Source: the human T2T-CHM13v2.0 reference genome, Homo sapiens. From it: DNA of 64,000 bases. Of this stretch, positions 14,046 to 26,475 are shown in pieces. Made by a program: the position numbers and the translations under genes. Where the stretch lies: the NCBI RefSeq assembly GCF_009914755.1, contig NC_060933.1; one strand, given 5' to 3'. The notes below the pieces were generated by a model that was not told where the DNA came from, searched no databases, and saw only the letters and a list, made by a program, of their open reading frames with translations. Every line of letters begins with the position of its first letter. Within the stretch, counting starts at the first letter, position 1.

Positions 14046-16585
14046 CATACCAAGAGCCAAAACATAGAGCGTCTCAAGATGCTTTGCAAAATCTCTTACA
14101 TAAATAAACAGAGAATTTAATGGATAAAGGTAACATCCAGAAATGTTTGCCTCTAAAATGTATATTAATAGAATATGTGCCAGTGACATGCTTACATTTA
14201 TTTTCCAGTATTGTTGCTCATTCCACTGCTAGTTCTCATACAACTTATTTCGTCTCTTATGATGTGTCAAGCATTTCAGAGTTAACTGCACTGAAAATGT
14301 CAAATAGGATGGATTCAGAGAAGCTTCAAGAGCTCATGCAATATACATCCAACAATTCTGCATGTGTACGCCAACCTGCTGTACATCAAGGACTTGACTC
14401 TTCACAACAGCAGGCTAATAACCTTCATTACCCTCTGCCATAATGAAGGAAGTTCTGAAAAAGACTTTCAAAAGAAAACAGCAATAACTTGATCTAAGAC
14501 TTACAGATAAATCAAAGGGAGATAGAGGCAGCATATGTTAGTTAAATAACAAATTTAATTCCTGTCCAATCAATGATCTGTCTATAAACCGTAGTTAATC
14601 TAAACAGTACTGTTCTCCTCAAAGAACTGGAGGACAATCAAATTACAGGTTGAAATGGTGAGATAGAAATGTCACACAAAAATGTATGCATGTAAAAGAA
14701 ATTTGAGTATTTATATAATTTATGTTATAGATTAAAAGTTACATTAATATTATAAAGTATATTTAAGATTAGAAAGTATATTTGTCTCCATTTTAAAGAA
14801 GAATGACTTCCAGTATTAAAATTTCAAGTATGAATATAAGTTTGTTGACATCAATTTCTGGTGTCTTTGAATTCATACTGATTTCTAATTGTAATTTAAC
14901 CTCGTGAAAGGAAATTGAAGGAATGACGCAAGAAAGGAAGAAAAAAGAAGGAAGGAAAAGAAGAAAAGAAAAAACCTTTTTTAAATTTTTCCAAACATAT
15001 TTTTATCCTGATACCTCAAATGCTCTTGCACAAAGACAATTATTCTATTGAAATAACGATTGTTTTGCCTTAAAAAAAACATGGGGGTAAACAATAAAAA
15101 ATTAGTGCAGGTGGTATGCTATTTTTACCTAGAACTAAAATAGTTTCAGTTTCTAAGTTCCTTCTTGAGGTCACATTTGATTATAGTGGTTTCACTTGGG
15201 TGCAACCAGGGTTCTGTACTCAGTTGAACTTTGAAGAAAAATTAATAAGTGGACTATCTACGGACTATTTGTGGTTATATTTATAATCTGTTACTGAACA
15301 ACTTCTATGAAAAGTTTTATTTTTATAATTTATTTTTACCTTTTAAGCATATTTTATTTATATGAGCCAGGGAGTGTAAGACCAAAAGCATTTGATTATT
15401 CTGTAGTGTTTGTGATACAATGTATGGCTCAATAAATTCAACATATGCAAAGTTGATGAGAAAGAGAAAAAGTGTTTTTATTTATTTAATTTGGAAGGTA
15501 GATATGTGGCTATAAAATTCATACTAAATTCAGAAAATATACATTAAATCATCACTTCTTGGTTGTCGATTCAGTCACAATTGTTTACTTTGTGAGGATA
15601 CGAGAAAGGGAGGAGGTGGAAAGATAGCAATTCTTTACTAAATCAGCAAAAACTGAATAAAGCATCTATTTTATGTGGAATGTGAGAGTGTACGCATGCT
15701 ATTTCAATTCAAGAATAATTTTTCAAATATTCTGTTATAATTTTATTTTATGGGTTAAATTTTATGAATTTTAATTAATTTATTATCTCCTTAGAGTCAT
15801 AAGAATATGAAGCAAATATGTATAAAACAACTGAATCCTAAGGAGCAAAAGAAAAGATACAACTATTAATCAAGGCTAATCCTCATATAATATAGTGTGA
15901 AGAATTTCAAGAACCTTTATTATAATGAAAAATGACAAATTATAGTTCTATCCCAATGTATTCCTGACTTGACTAAACATCTTCCAATGACTGAAACTCT
16001 TCGTAGCTTCTTCTGTTGTTAGTGGTAATTTTAGACACTTCAAAGCATTAAAGATGAAGGAATTGCTCTATTTTACCAAATCCTGGGACAGCCCTGGTAA
16101 TACAATGTAGACTGGAGAAATTGGGAGATTTTCCAGATGAACATTGGACAACTGTGCTCAATATGGAGGGTTCTATGCTCATTAAAAACAAAAACAAGCC
16201 AATATGGACAATAAAGTAATAGTTTTTGGGAGGGAGTGTTTAAAGGATGTCAGGAATGTATTCCAGCCTAGATTTATTGTTTGTTATCGAAAAGTCCTCA
16301 GAAGCATGTGCCTCCTGATTCTTATTGTATGTTTATTATTTCTTTATATGTCTATATCTGTGCTAAAATGTTAATCCAGCAAAGACAGTGACTTTATCTG
16401 CTCATCCTTGAATCAGTCTTAGTGTACTGAAAGCAATTCTCAAAATTTTCACCTGGGATGTGAGTTATTCTAGACTTGTACAAAAGGCAAGTCTTCAAAC
16501 ATAAAAGTAAAACCATGTTAACATGACTCAAAGCAAATAAATTCCTAATTCTCAGCCTGACAGTATGTAAGTTGCCAGTGCATTA

Positions 16586-16700
16586 TGAGGCAGTGTAATG
16601 TCGTGGTTCTGAGGTTAAACTTTCTGTATCTGAATCCCAATCATACTCTTTTTAAAAAGCTTAATCTTCCCATGCCTCATTTCCCTCATGTATAACCTTC
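16586..16700 (+). mobile_element. MIR fragment
   Basis: gaggcagtgtaatgtcgtggtt...tgaatcccaa...gcttaatcttcccatgcctcatttccctcatgtataa. Confidence 0.6.
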
Positions 16701-19298
16701 TGATTAAAAATGTAAGTCAATGAGTTAAACACATCATCAAATTGTACACAGTGGGGAATTGCTGGAGTTGAGTTGTTCTGTCACAGTACATATCGGTACC
16801 AGCATGTTTTGGGATATTTTCTGAATTATACATAGTTAATGAGTTAACTTCTATGAGAGCATTGCTTATATTGTACTTCCACATCAAAATTCAGAAATCT
16901 TTCTGGAAAGCATCAGAATACTTTGTAAACCATATCAAAGAATTAAAATTAAATTATAGCTGTGTTCATTACTTGTGAACTTCTTTATCAAATATTGATA
17001 CCACTCTATGACCAGACTGTTATTATATATCTCCAGCCATCAAACACGCCAGAAAATGGCCAGAAACAACTCCTTAGTGCACCTGGGCATGGCTTTGCTA
17101 CTGCAGCCTAAGGGAAGTGTTTTTGTAGTAGTAGAATCTTATGGACATTTGTGTTTGTGTTGCTTGAATAATTCTTAACATAGAGATGACAAAATGAATA
17201 TATTTTGCTAACGTGACAGAATCTTATACAACAAAATCAGTGAAACTTGATGCAATTAGAAATTTCAATGACATCACTTGCACAACTGACACTTCAATGA
17301 AATTCCTTGTTTTTATTAGTGGGATTATTTGTTCTTTTGTTTCCCTATTCCTTATATAAGGTGAAACAAGATGCTATGTTATCAAAGTTTATCCTCATAA
17401 AATGTGCTTGATGAGTCAACTGATGTTGATGACTCTAGTTACTAATATGTGTGAAGTAGGTAAAGAAGAAAGTGATCACAGAGCAGTTATTTTGCTTTGA
17501 AAAAATGTGATTAATTTGAAAGGAGTCAATGTGTTCAATTATGTCAGGGATGTCTCTAGGAAGCCTAGATAATCAAGGCTGCTTTTTAATTGGCTACAAA
17601 AAGCAATTGGGATATTTTGTGTCTAGGGAAAGAAAGTATCATGATCATACAAATGTGTGTTGTACCATCATGCACATGCTATTTGACTTGCTAAGGAATT
17701 CAAAATATGAATTTTCTACTGTATAGTGCATGGAACAATATATATTAAAGTATACTGTGAATTACTGTCTCATTGGAGGTTTTATCAAAGAAACAGTTAC
17801 CCAAACTAATGATCCTTTGAAAAACAAATGTGAAGTGGCTCTCCTGTGGTGAGATCATCACTAACATTTTTTTTGAAACAAGTAAAAATTATATTTTAGT
17901 TAAAGACCTATCAAAAAAGAAAGCTGATTATTCTCCTAGAAAATATGGTAAATGAATATTTTTCGTAAGTGAGGTTAATAAATATATACAAATTAGTGGG
18001 AAGAACAGACTAGGAAACAAAAAGAAATTGGAAACTATATTTTAAAAAGAACTATCTGTTTTGATAAAACACTTCAAAAGTATATTTTAGCTCGATTTTA
18101 TTTTTTCTTGAAAAAGCATTTCTTCTAGGAAAGGAAGCACTGTTCATTGTATTTGATGTGACAGTATTTGTTGGATCCATTTCATTTTAATTGCTCTGTG
18201 ATGGTGATTGATATACCAGTCTATCCTGGAATCTGAATAAATTGTGAATTAATAAAGCTCAAGTGTTTGGTTTATTAGCTCTATTTTCATAACTAGCAAA
18301 ATAACTATGTACATGGGAAGCCGGCATGCTCTATTTTAGTGCATGTACGTACAAATTACTGTCCTCAAAATAAAGCATTCTTCACCCATCTGTCCAAGCA
18401 GTTCAGTATTTCTGTTTCCTAAGATGTCAAGCCCAGGAGCCCTCTTCTTAAATTCAAAGGGCAAGTACCATTTGTTACTGAAACCCACACTGTGCATGCA
18501 AACCTTCAGCTTACCCAAGCCTTTGTTGTGACTGCCACCACTTTCATCTCACTATTACTGAAACACAGCACTGTTGATTTTGTCAAAGAGTAGTACTGAT
18601 TGTGACACGTTTGCTGTATGAGTTGTAACACAGATCTACCTGATTGAGAAGCAGCCCAAATACCAAAATTTCCAAGAGCTCATCTCACCACACTGACATA
18701 GGCTCATGTCCCAGGATTGCTGGTAGGGCTGAGCCACTTTCTTCAATTGTACATACGTTAAGGATTAACGATTTCCTTCTCAGGCTTCTGTGGATCCTTC
18801 AGGTTCTGGGAAGGAACATTTGTTCTAAACCCATTATTTGTCAACTGCCTTATACCACAAAATTGTCCTGGATTCCCTGCCTAACAGTACGTTAGATTTA
18901 TTAGAATGTGGGAGAAAGAAAGAAAGGGAGAGAGAGAGAGTGAGAGAGCAAGCATGTTCTCAGGTAGGCTAGGAATGGGCATGATTCATAGTTTGCAATT
19001 TCATGAACACAAAAATGTCCTCTCTTCATTACCAGTCTGGATGCAGGATCAACTAATTGTTATGTCCTTTTTTAACTCTATGATCATTTTTCATGCTTCC
19101 TTTTTTTTTGTCCCTTTGTTTCGATCACCTGGTTCATTATGATGGATATTAATAATTTAGAATATTTGGGATGAGCAATTGGGATGAATATTCCTTCATA
19201 TCAAAAGATCTCTGGGCTCCTTAGTCATGCCAACCCTCCCCTTTTCAGGGAAATTTAAAATCTGCTAGTGGATAATTTTCTTAAAAACAAAATAATAT

Positions 19299-19669
19299 GG
19301 CTTGGAATGGTGGCTCATGCCTGTAATTCCAGAGCTTTGTGAGGCCGAGGTGGGAGGATTGCTTGAGCTTAGGGGTTTGATACCAGCCTGGGAAACATAG
19401 CAAAACCCTGTCTTTACAAAAAAATACAAAAAATAGCTGGGCTTGGTGTTGTGTGCCTGTAGTGCCAACTACTTGAGAGGCTAAGGTGAGAGGATCGCTT
19501 GAGCCCAGGAGGTCGAGGCTTCAATGAACTATGATGGCACCACTGCATTGCAAGCTGAGGATACAGAGTAAGACATTGTCTCATTTAAAAAAAAAAAAAA
19601 GGAAAGAAAAGAAAGATGGAAAGAAAGGGAGGGAGGGAGGAAGGAAGGAAGGAAGGAGGGAAGGAAGGG
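19299..19669 (+). mobile_element. AluJ with a tail extended into a GGAA/GGGA purine repeat
   Basis: J-type motifs (ggattgcttgagcttagg; gcttgagcccaggaggtcgaggct). TSD aaaataatat at 19289-19298 and 19670-19679 encloses the purine repeat. Confidence 0.9.
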
Positions 19670-21679
19670 AAAATAATATATTCTGCCTTATTGGACAATA
19701 TACTGTTTGTCTTTGAAATAGGAGAATCATCACCATTATATGTCAAAACAAAGACTAGCAACTACCTAAAGAAAAGTGATAAAATACATATGGCAATTCT
19801 GAAAGTAGTCCTTCACTTCTTTAATGATATTTAGCAATGCAAAAGTAGAAAAGCCACTGAGCCAGTTAACTTTAAAAATGTTTAAGACACACACTTTTTA
19901 TATCCTATTATTGTTGTTACTGTTATTTTAAAATTAAATATAATTTTTATCCTTTTATAATTTTCTTAAATGATTTTTTAAAAAGAAATGAGAAATTTTG
20001 AAACAAATTGCTAGAAAGGTTAAGACTCACTTGTCTGGCTCTGCTTAGGACATTTGCAACACATTATAGAATGAATTAGAAAATTAATATGATTTTATGC
20101 AGTGAATAAATATATGAATAAACAGAATTTACATATTAAGAAAGGTGTACAAATATTATCTGAAAAGATTCCCTGTCTATGAGTTTGATGGGAACCTCAT
20201 ACCCATTTTTTTAAGTCTTGCTAAAAACTATTCAGTGTTTTTAGAAGCATAGTCAATAACTGACATAAAAATTGTAACAAGGAATAAGCAATTTGCAAGG
20301 TTGAAGATATATATTTTAAGCCAGGGGAGGTCGATATGACCTATTCTCTACCATCTTTATTAGGGCTTAGAAGTGAAGTATCATTATCCTTAAGTCAGTA
20401 CTATTTTCTGCTCGGGCAGTTGAGACTGAGTCAGACAAGCTCTCTCATGACCGTCTCAGTCCTTATATTTAATTGAGATGGTCTCTGTAAGAAGAATGGA
20501 CTTTCCAGTACCGTAATAATCCATAAAAATAGTGTTATTCTGTATCACGAGGGATAACTAGTTCATATATGTAATAAATAAAAAGTTCCCTGAATTGGGT
20601 AAGAAGAATTCTTTCTGGGAGAAAATAAAGACCTACAGAAAGCAATTTACAACAGTGATGGAGGATTAGGATGCTATTTAGAACCTTCATGTTGTGTCTC
20701 AAATTTATTCTGCTTATCTTTTTTACAATGACTCATAATACTCCTGTACCCTTAAGAATCATATCTTAAGGATTTTTGCTTAAAATAACTGAGAAGTAAG
20801 TTTTAGGATAAACTTTAGGATATCCGCCACTAAATAAATTGTCTTTATGTACATGCAAAATTAATTTTAGTGTATAATTAACTGTATGCTCTCAGAATTC
20901 CAAACAAATTTCCTTTGTGCTTGTGTTAGTTTTACATGAAGCTTTAAGTGACATTTCAGATTACATTCAAACCCCAACCTGTGAATCAAAATGAAACATC
21001 ATGTGTATTGAAAGCCTTTTTATACGAGGTGAAATGTCCACTGGCTGTCCTTTATGTTAGCAGTGGTTTAGCATCCTGGTTACCTACCATTTAATTAGAG
21101 TGTGATATTCGCTTAGTTGTCTGTGTCTACTGGTGTCATTAAAAACAGAAAATTTGCCACCAAAAGAAAGAAAACATTTTCATTTCAGGTATAATTGAAA
21201 TGCCTTAACAATTTAAAAAATCTTACCTCTGTCATTGTACTGTGTGCTCAAAATAGGAATAGTTTCAGTTTGGTAAGCTCTGATTGACTTATCTTTCATT
21301 ATACATGGTCTTTCTCCATAAAAGGACTACCTTGTCTGATAACATTTTCACCAATTATAGCACTCCTTTGTACAAAGCCATTGTTTCCAGAAGGCCCCTG
21401 TTAAAATGCAAATACGCCATCTGGCAGGCTTTTACCTCATTAGCTCTCACCATCACAGCAGGACATATTATGTATCATATTAGATATGGAAGAGACACTG
21501 AGCTGATGAACTCTGACTAAGAGAAGATGGTTGGAAAAATCCCAAGTAGAGAGGGTGCTTTGGGATATCGCCTAAGGGCAATAGAGCAGAAAGAGGAGAG
21601 TAAGATGCATGGTGAGGGAACTGCATTTCCAAGTTTGGCATCTCATCCAGGCCCTGGCTGTGATGGATTCACAGAAACA

Positions 21680-21800
21680 CAGACTGCCAGAGCTGGAAGA
21701 GAATTTTGAAAACATGTAATCAAACACCTTTACCTTACAGATGAATAACCTGAGCCTGCAAATAGCTAAATGGCTCCGCTAAGTGCCCCCAGCTAGATTC
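21680..21800 (-). mobile_element. MIR/MIR3 fragment
   Basis: cagagctggaagag...ttacagatgaataacctgagcc...aaatggct. Confidence 0.55.
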
Positions 21801-22609
21801 TTATCATTAGTTCTTGAAGCCCAGAGGACCAGCACTTACCTAATGCGTTAGCACTTCACAATGTGTAAAGCTGCATAATTATTCATATGTAATTTCATGT
21901 ATATGCTTACTGAATTTTACTCTCAACCACTACATTGAAATTCCTTAAATTTTCTTGTTTCTTTCCATGGAAGCAGCTGGAGTGGCAATCGTCCCTGCTC
22001 CAGCCACTGCTGCCCAAAGTCAATCTCACAGCAGAAGTAAAGTTTAGTTAAGAATTCAGAGACGCTAAGCTCCTAGGCAACCCTGCCCAGATGACTGGGT
22101 GTTAAAGCATTTAGAAAAATTTCCCCAGGGATCATAATCCCAAACCCAAGTCCTGACATGGAGACATAGTCTTGTGTTCTGTCTGGAAAATTAACTTCCT
22201 CTCGGATTCTGACTGTGGCAGTTGTGACTGTAAATTTTCAACATGGGGACATGAAATGAAAACCTGATGCCTAAGCTTACCTCTCAGAGCTGTATTTTGT
22301 AGGTGAGACTTTATTTCTGCAGGTCAAAAGAAAATATTTTCTACTAATATTTGAACAGAAGCAGGACATTCATAACTGAAGAAATAGTATGGCTTGAGTT
22401 TTGAGGCAGGGATAGATGAGATTTCTCAAGAAGTACTCAGTAAACTTTTAAGATGCTGACATGCTTTACTCTAACCAGAAAAAAAATTCAGGGTTTTCTT
22501 CAAAAGCCCTAATTTCAAATATTCATTTCCATTGTCCATATTTAGTTTAAAACTTAACACTTTTTTTTTCTGATTCTAAATTAACAAACTCTACCTGTGG
22601 TAGCTGTAG

Positions 22610-22935
<326 letters not shown>

Positions 22936-22979
22936 CCTCCGCGGCAATTTCATCATCTAGAAAAAACTCTGTAAACCTC

Positions 22980-23409
22980 ATGTTCTATTTCTGTGCATGA
23001 TTGTTAGCTATGAATTCAGAAGTTCCTCTGTCCCCTTCTTAACTCTTCTCAGAGAAGCCAAGAATCCATTTCCCCAGATTCCCTCCTCTTTGTGAATTCA
23101 GGTTAGAGTTTTACAAGTGAGAGGGACTGACAGGAGCTTCTAACAGCAGAAGAAAATGAGAGGCCATTATTCCTTGGAGAAAGTGGCAAAGAGACTCTGG
23201 AGCACACGGAAGGTTGAAAATGGCTTTCCCAGTGGGCACTGAAGAACTACCCACTTGGCTGCTGTTGACTGAGATAATTGGTTAGAGTTTCTCCAAGACT
23301 GAGAAATGCAACAGCTCCTTGTGGAGAATGTAAACCCTAAAGTGAAATCTCTCACATCTGTAGTTCATAGAGTGCCTTCTGTTTCCTTGATTAAATTCTG
23401 AGCATACAT
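22980..23409 (+). mobile_element. Old ERVL LTR (LTR33-like)
   Basis: gaagccaagaatccatttccccagattccctc; 3' end ttctgtttccttgattaaattctgagcataca. Confidence 0.5.
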
Positions 23410-23423
23410 TTTTCTGTTATTTG

Positions 23424-23425
<2 letters not shown>

Positions 23426-23464
<39 letters not shown>

Positions 23465-23473
23465 TGTGTGTGT
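23426..23473. repeat. (GT)n microsatellite with one interruption
   Basis: Direct reading. Confidence 0.95.
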
Positions 23474-25583
23474 ATTTTTAATACTCTGGTTTTATTTATT
23501 AATATTAAATTATATACCATCATTAAATGTTTTAATGATTATATACAATTGTATTTAATAATTTGGGGGTGTTTAACCATTCTCCATATTGGGCACTTAA
23601 GAATATTCTATTTTGAATTCTATTAAAAATGCTGAAATTCACAAAAGCTAACAAATTTTGTCTACACTTGTGATTATTTTATTAATATATAGTTATAAAT
23701 AAATTTACTGTGTCAAATTAGAATCATGCTTTAAGGCATTTGATGTCTATCTTTTTTTTTTTTTTTTGCTCAGAGAGACCATATAGATTAAATTTTAATT
23801 AGCAGTGTTTGACTGCTTTTATTATTCTATTGCATCATTAATATGAAGTAACGTGGAACTTTTCAGACCATCTATTCTGATATGTAGTTCGACAAACATA
23901 GCCAGCCAACCCTTGTGTTTTGCGCAAAGTAGATGTTTCATAGGTATCTGATGACAAAATACTAAGAATCTCGGCAGAGCGTTTGCTGAGGAAAGAATGT
24001 ATTTTAAAACCGACATAACGTTCAGTTTGCACCCAGGAGTTTCAAAAAGCCAACAAAAATATTTTTTCAGTTAAAGAGTTGGAATTTCCCATTGAATATT
24101 TCATTTCACTAGCGTATTACTAATGATTCTAATTATCAAGGCATTTGGCAAGAGTTTCAAGAAGAGCAGACTGGTTCTGGGGGGCCTTACAAAGAGAATA
24201 CAGTGTGGAGCACCAGATGCAGCTGTAGCCAAGAAGGCTTTAATGGCATGCAATCTCCCTTTAGGTGATAACATATAAACCTGGTGTAAGTGCTACCTAT
24301 GGATGTTAAGTAAAATGTTCAACCTGTTATCCCTTTGAGTAGGAGTGTAAGACCTTGAGCAATAATCTGGGACCTTAAAAAACAAGAAAACCATCAAGAT
24401 TTTTTCCTGTGGCTGTGGTTCATTGCCTGGGGGTTTGTAATATATCAATGCCCTGAAAATAGTCTATGCCTGTTGGGGTGAGTCAAAAGGTTTAAAGTTA
24501 AAATAGAATGGAGAGCAGCTCTAAGCCAAGATGGGACTAGAAGAGGCCCTTTAAATGTATCTCAAAGACAGTTTCACAAATATGCCAGAATTCCTCCAAG
24601 AAAAAAAATAAACAACAAAAAGAGCAAAGAGTAATATTAATTAGATTGGAATTCAGTAATGAGGGATACACACTTTGAGCCTTGAGGAAGGTGAATATAG
24701 AATCGGAAATAGTGATTGCACGTGGAACTACAAAACCAGTAAATTTCTGAGTTGTAAAATTATTGTCACTTATTTTAAATATTTTTAAACAAAATGTATG
24801 ACATCACTTGAATATTGCTACCATAAAGTATGTGTAAAAGTAATGAAATAATGGAGTAAATTTTAATTTAATATATGCAAGCTAAGTTATATTTTGATAA
24901 ATTTGTCTCTAATCTTCATCTCTTCTTCCTGCTTATTCCATGATGTTTGCATCATACACTTTAATCTGCATCAAAACTCTTTGAATCTTAAAGTACCAAG
25001 TTGTTGGTCCAAGTGCTCACATTTTCCTACAGAGAGAGGTCTATAAATTGTAACTCATAGCCTCCCTCAATCACCTGATAGAGAAGGGCCTGCGACAAAT
25101 CCAAACAAAAGCCAATACGTTTTTTCCTTGGATACAATTTCTGCCAAAATTCTCATTTTTTTGCCTTTTCTTTATGCATGGAAAGTCAGATAGATAGCTA
25201 GATAATAGATATACACACAGCTAAAGATGACAGTCTTTTAAACATTTTAGTCCAAAATTTCCTTTCTAGTTTATATTACTTTTTCAACAAGAGTGAGAAA
25301 GACTCTTCCCTCCTTAACTATTCTCATCTCTCCCCATCTAGCTTTGATTTAATTTTATTTTTGAGCTGTCTTTGTTGTGTTTTCTGTAAAATGAATTAAA
25401 ATTCCTTAACAACTGATAAATCTTATTTTGGGGGGGATCCCCTGAATTTTAGCCTGTATTTCATTTCAGAGATTTTTTAAGTTTACCTTAGCAAAATAAT
25501 TCCCTAGAACTTCCTTGGAATTTTATTTGGAACAGTTGATTTAAAATCAAATTTAAAAAGTTGTGCAAAAGTATACCATCACA

Positions 25584-25742
25584 CAGAATGAGCTACAGAA
25601 TCTACAGGGCCCATTGCAAAATGGACATGCAAGACCCCTTGTTAAATAACTATTAAGACAGCAGATAGAACTGTAGTGCACCATTAAGCAAAGCATGGGC
25701 CCTTCTAAGCTCCACAGTTTGCATAGCATGAAGCTGGCAATG
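25584..25742 (-). mobile_element. MER45A-like hAT-Tip100 MITE
   Basis: gggcccattgcaaaatggacatgcaagaccccttgtt...gggcccttctaagc...catgaagctggc. Confidence 0.7.
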
Positions 25743-25936
25743 CAATCACCTATAGAATAATGATTAAAATGGAGAAGTTAAAAGACTTTATATGAAGGTG
25801 GTTATTTTGAAAAATCATGTAAAATTGAAACCAAAATTTGTTTCCCTGTTGCGTTCAGATAAATGGTCTGTGTTCCATAGCCACGAGTCAGAAATGTCAG
25901 TGCGTTTTTCAATTACATATACTGGTCACTGGCAAA

Positions 25937-26140
25937 CAGGATTTCTCAACCAGTATTGGCATTTGGACTGCATAATTCATTGTTGTGGAAGGCTGTACTG
26001 TTCACGGTAGGATGTTTAGCATTGTATCTGTCCTCAATCAAGCAGCACGCATCCCTTCTCATCTGCCAAAGTCTTGACAACCAAACATGTCTAGAGACAT
26101 TGCCAAATATCCTGTTGGTGGAGAAATCACTGAATCACTG
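25937..26140 (-). mobile_element. MER20 hAT-Charlie MITE
   Basis: caggatttctcaacc...taggatgtttagca...gacaaccaaacatgtctagagacattgccaaat. Confidence 0.8.
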
Positions 26141-26297
26141 TATTTTAAAATTTCCTTTTTCTATATAATGGAATATTTCACACATACAAAAATAGGGAGG
26201 ATAGTATAGCAAATCCTCATGTATCCATTGCTCAGCTTCAACAATCATCAATGTTTAGCCTTTCTTTGAACCGCTGTTTTAGAGACTACTTCATTTT

Positions 26298-26475
26298 CAG
26301 GTTTCTCATTCAAGATGATCTCTGGGGGTATTGGCTGAAATACACATTTTCCATGGTTGGATTTCAGAGATTCTAATAGTGTAGGTCTTGAGTAAAGCCC
26401 AGGAAAATGCACTTAATATAGACAACTGATGACTATGATATAGCTACTCTAACTTTACACTTAGAAAAATACGGA
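26298..26475 (+). mobile_element. MER5-like MITE (degenerate)
   Basis: caggtttctca...cagagattctaatagtgtaggtcttgagtaaagcccaggaaaatgcactt...acacttagaaaaatac. Confidence 0.55.

Noticed and set aside
21227-21397. Possible minus-strand exon (ttttaacAG / gagGTAAGA)
   Set aside because: Short pyrimidine tract, no recognisable product and no independent support.
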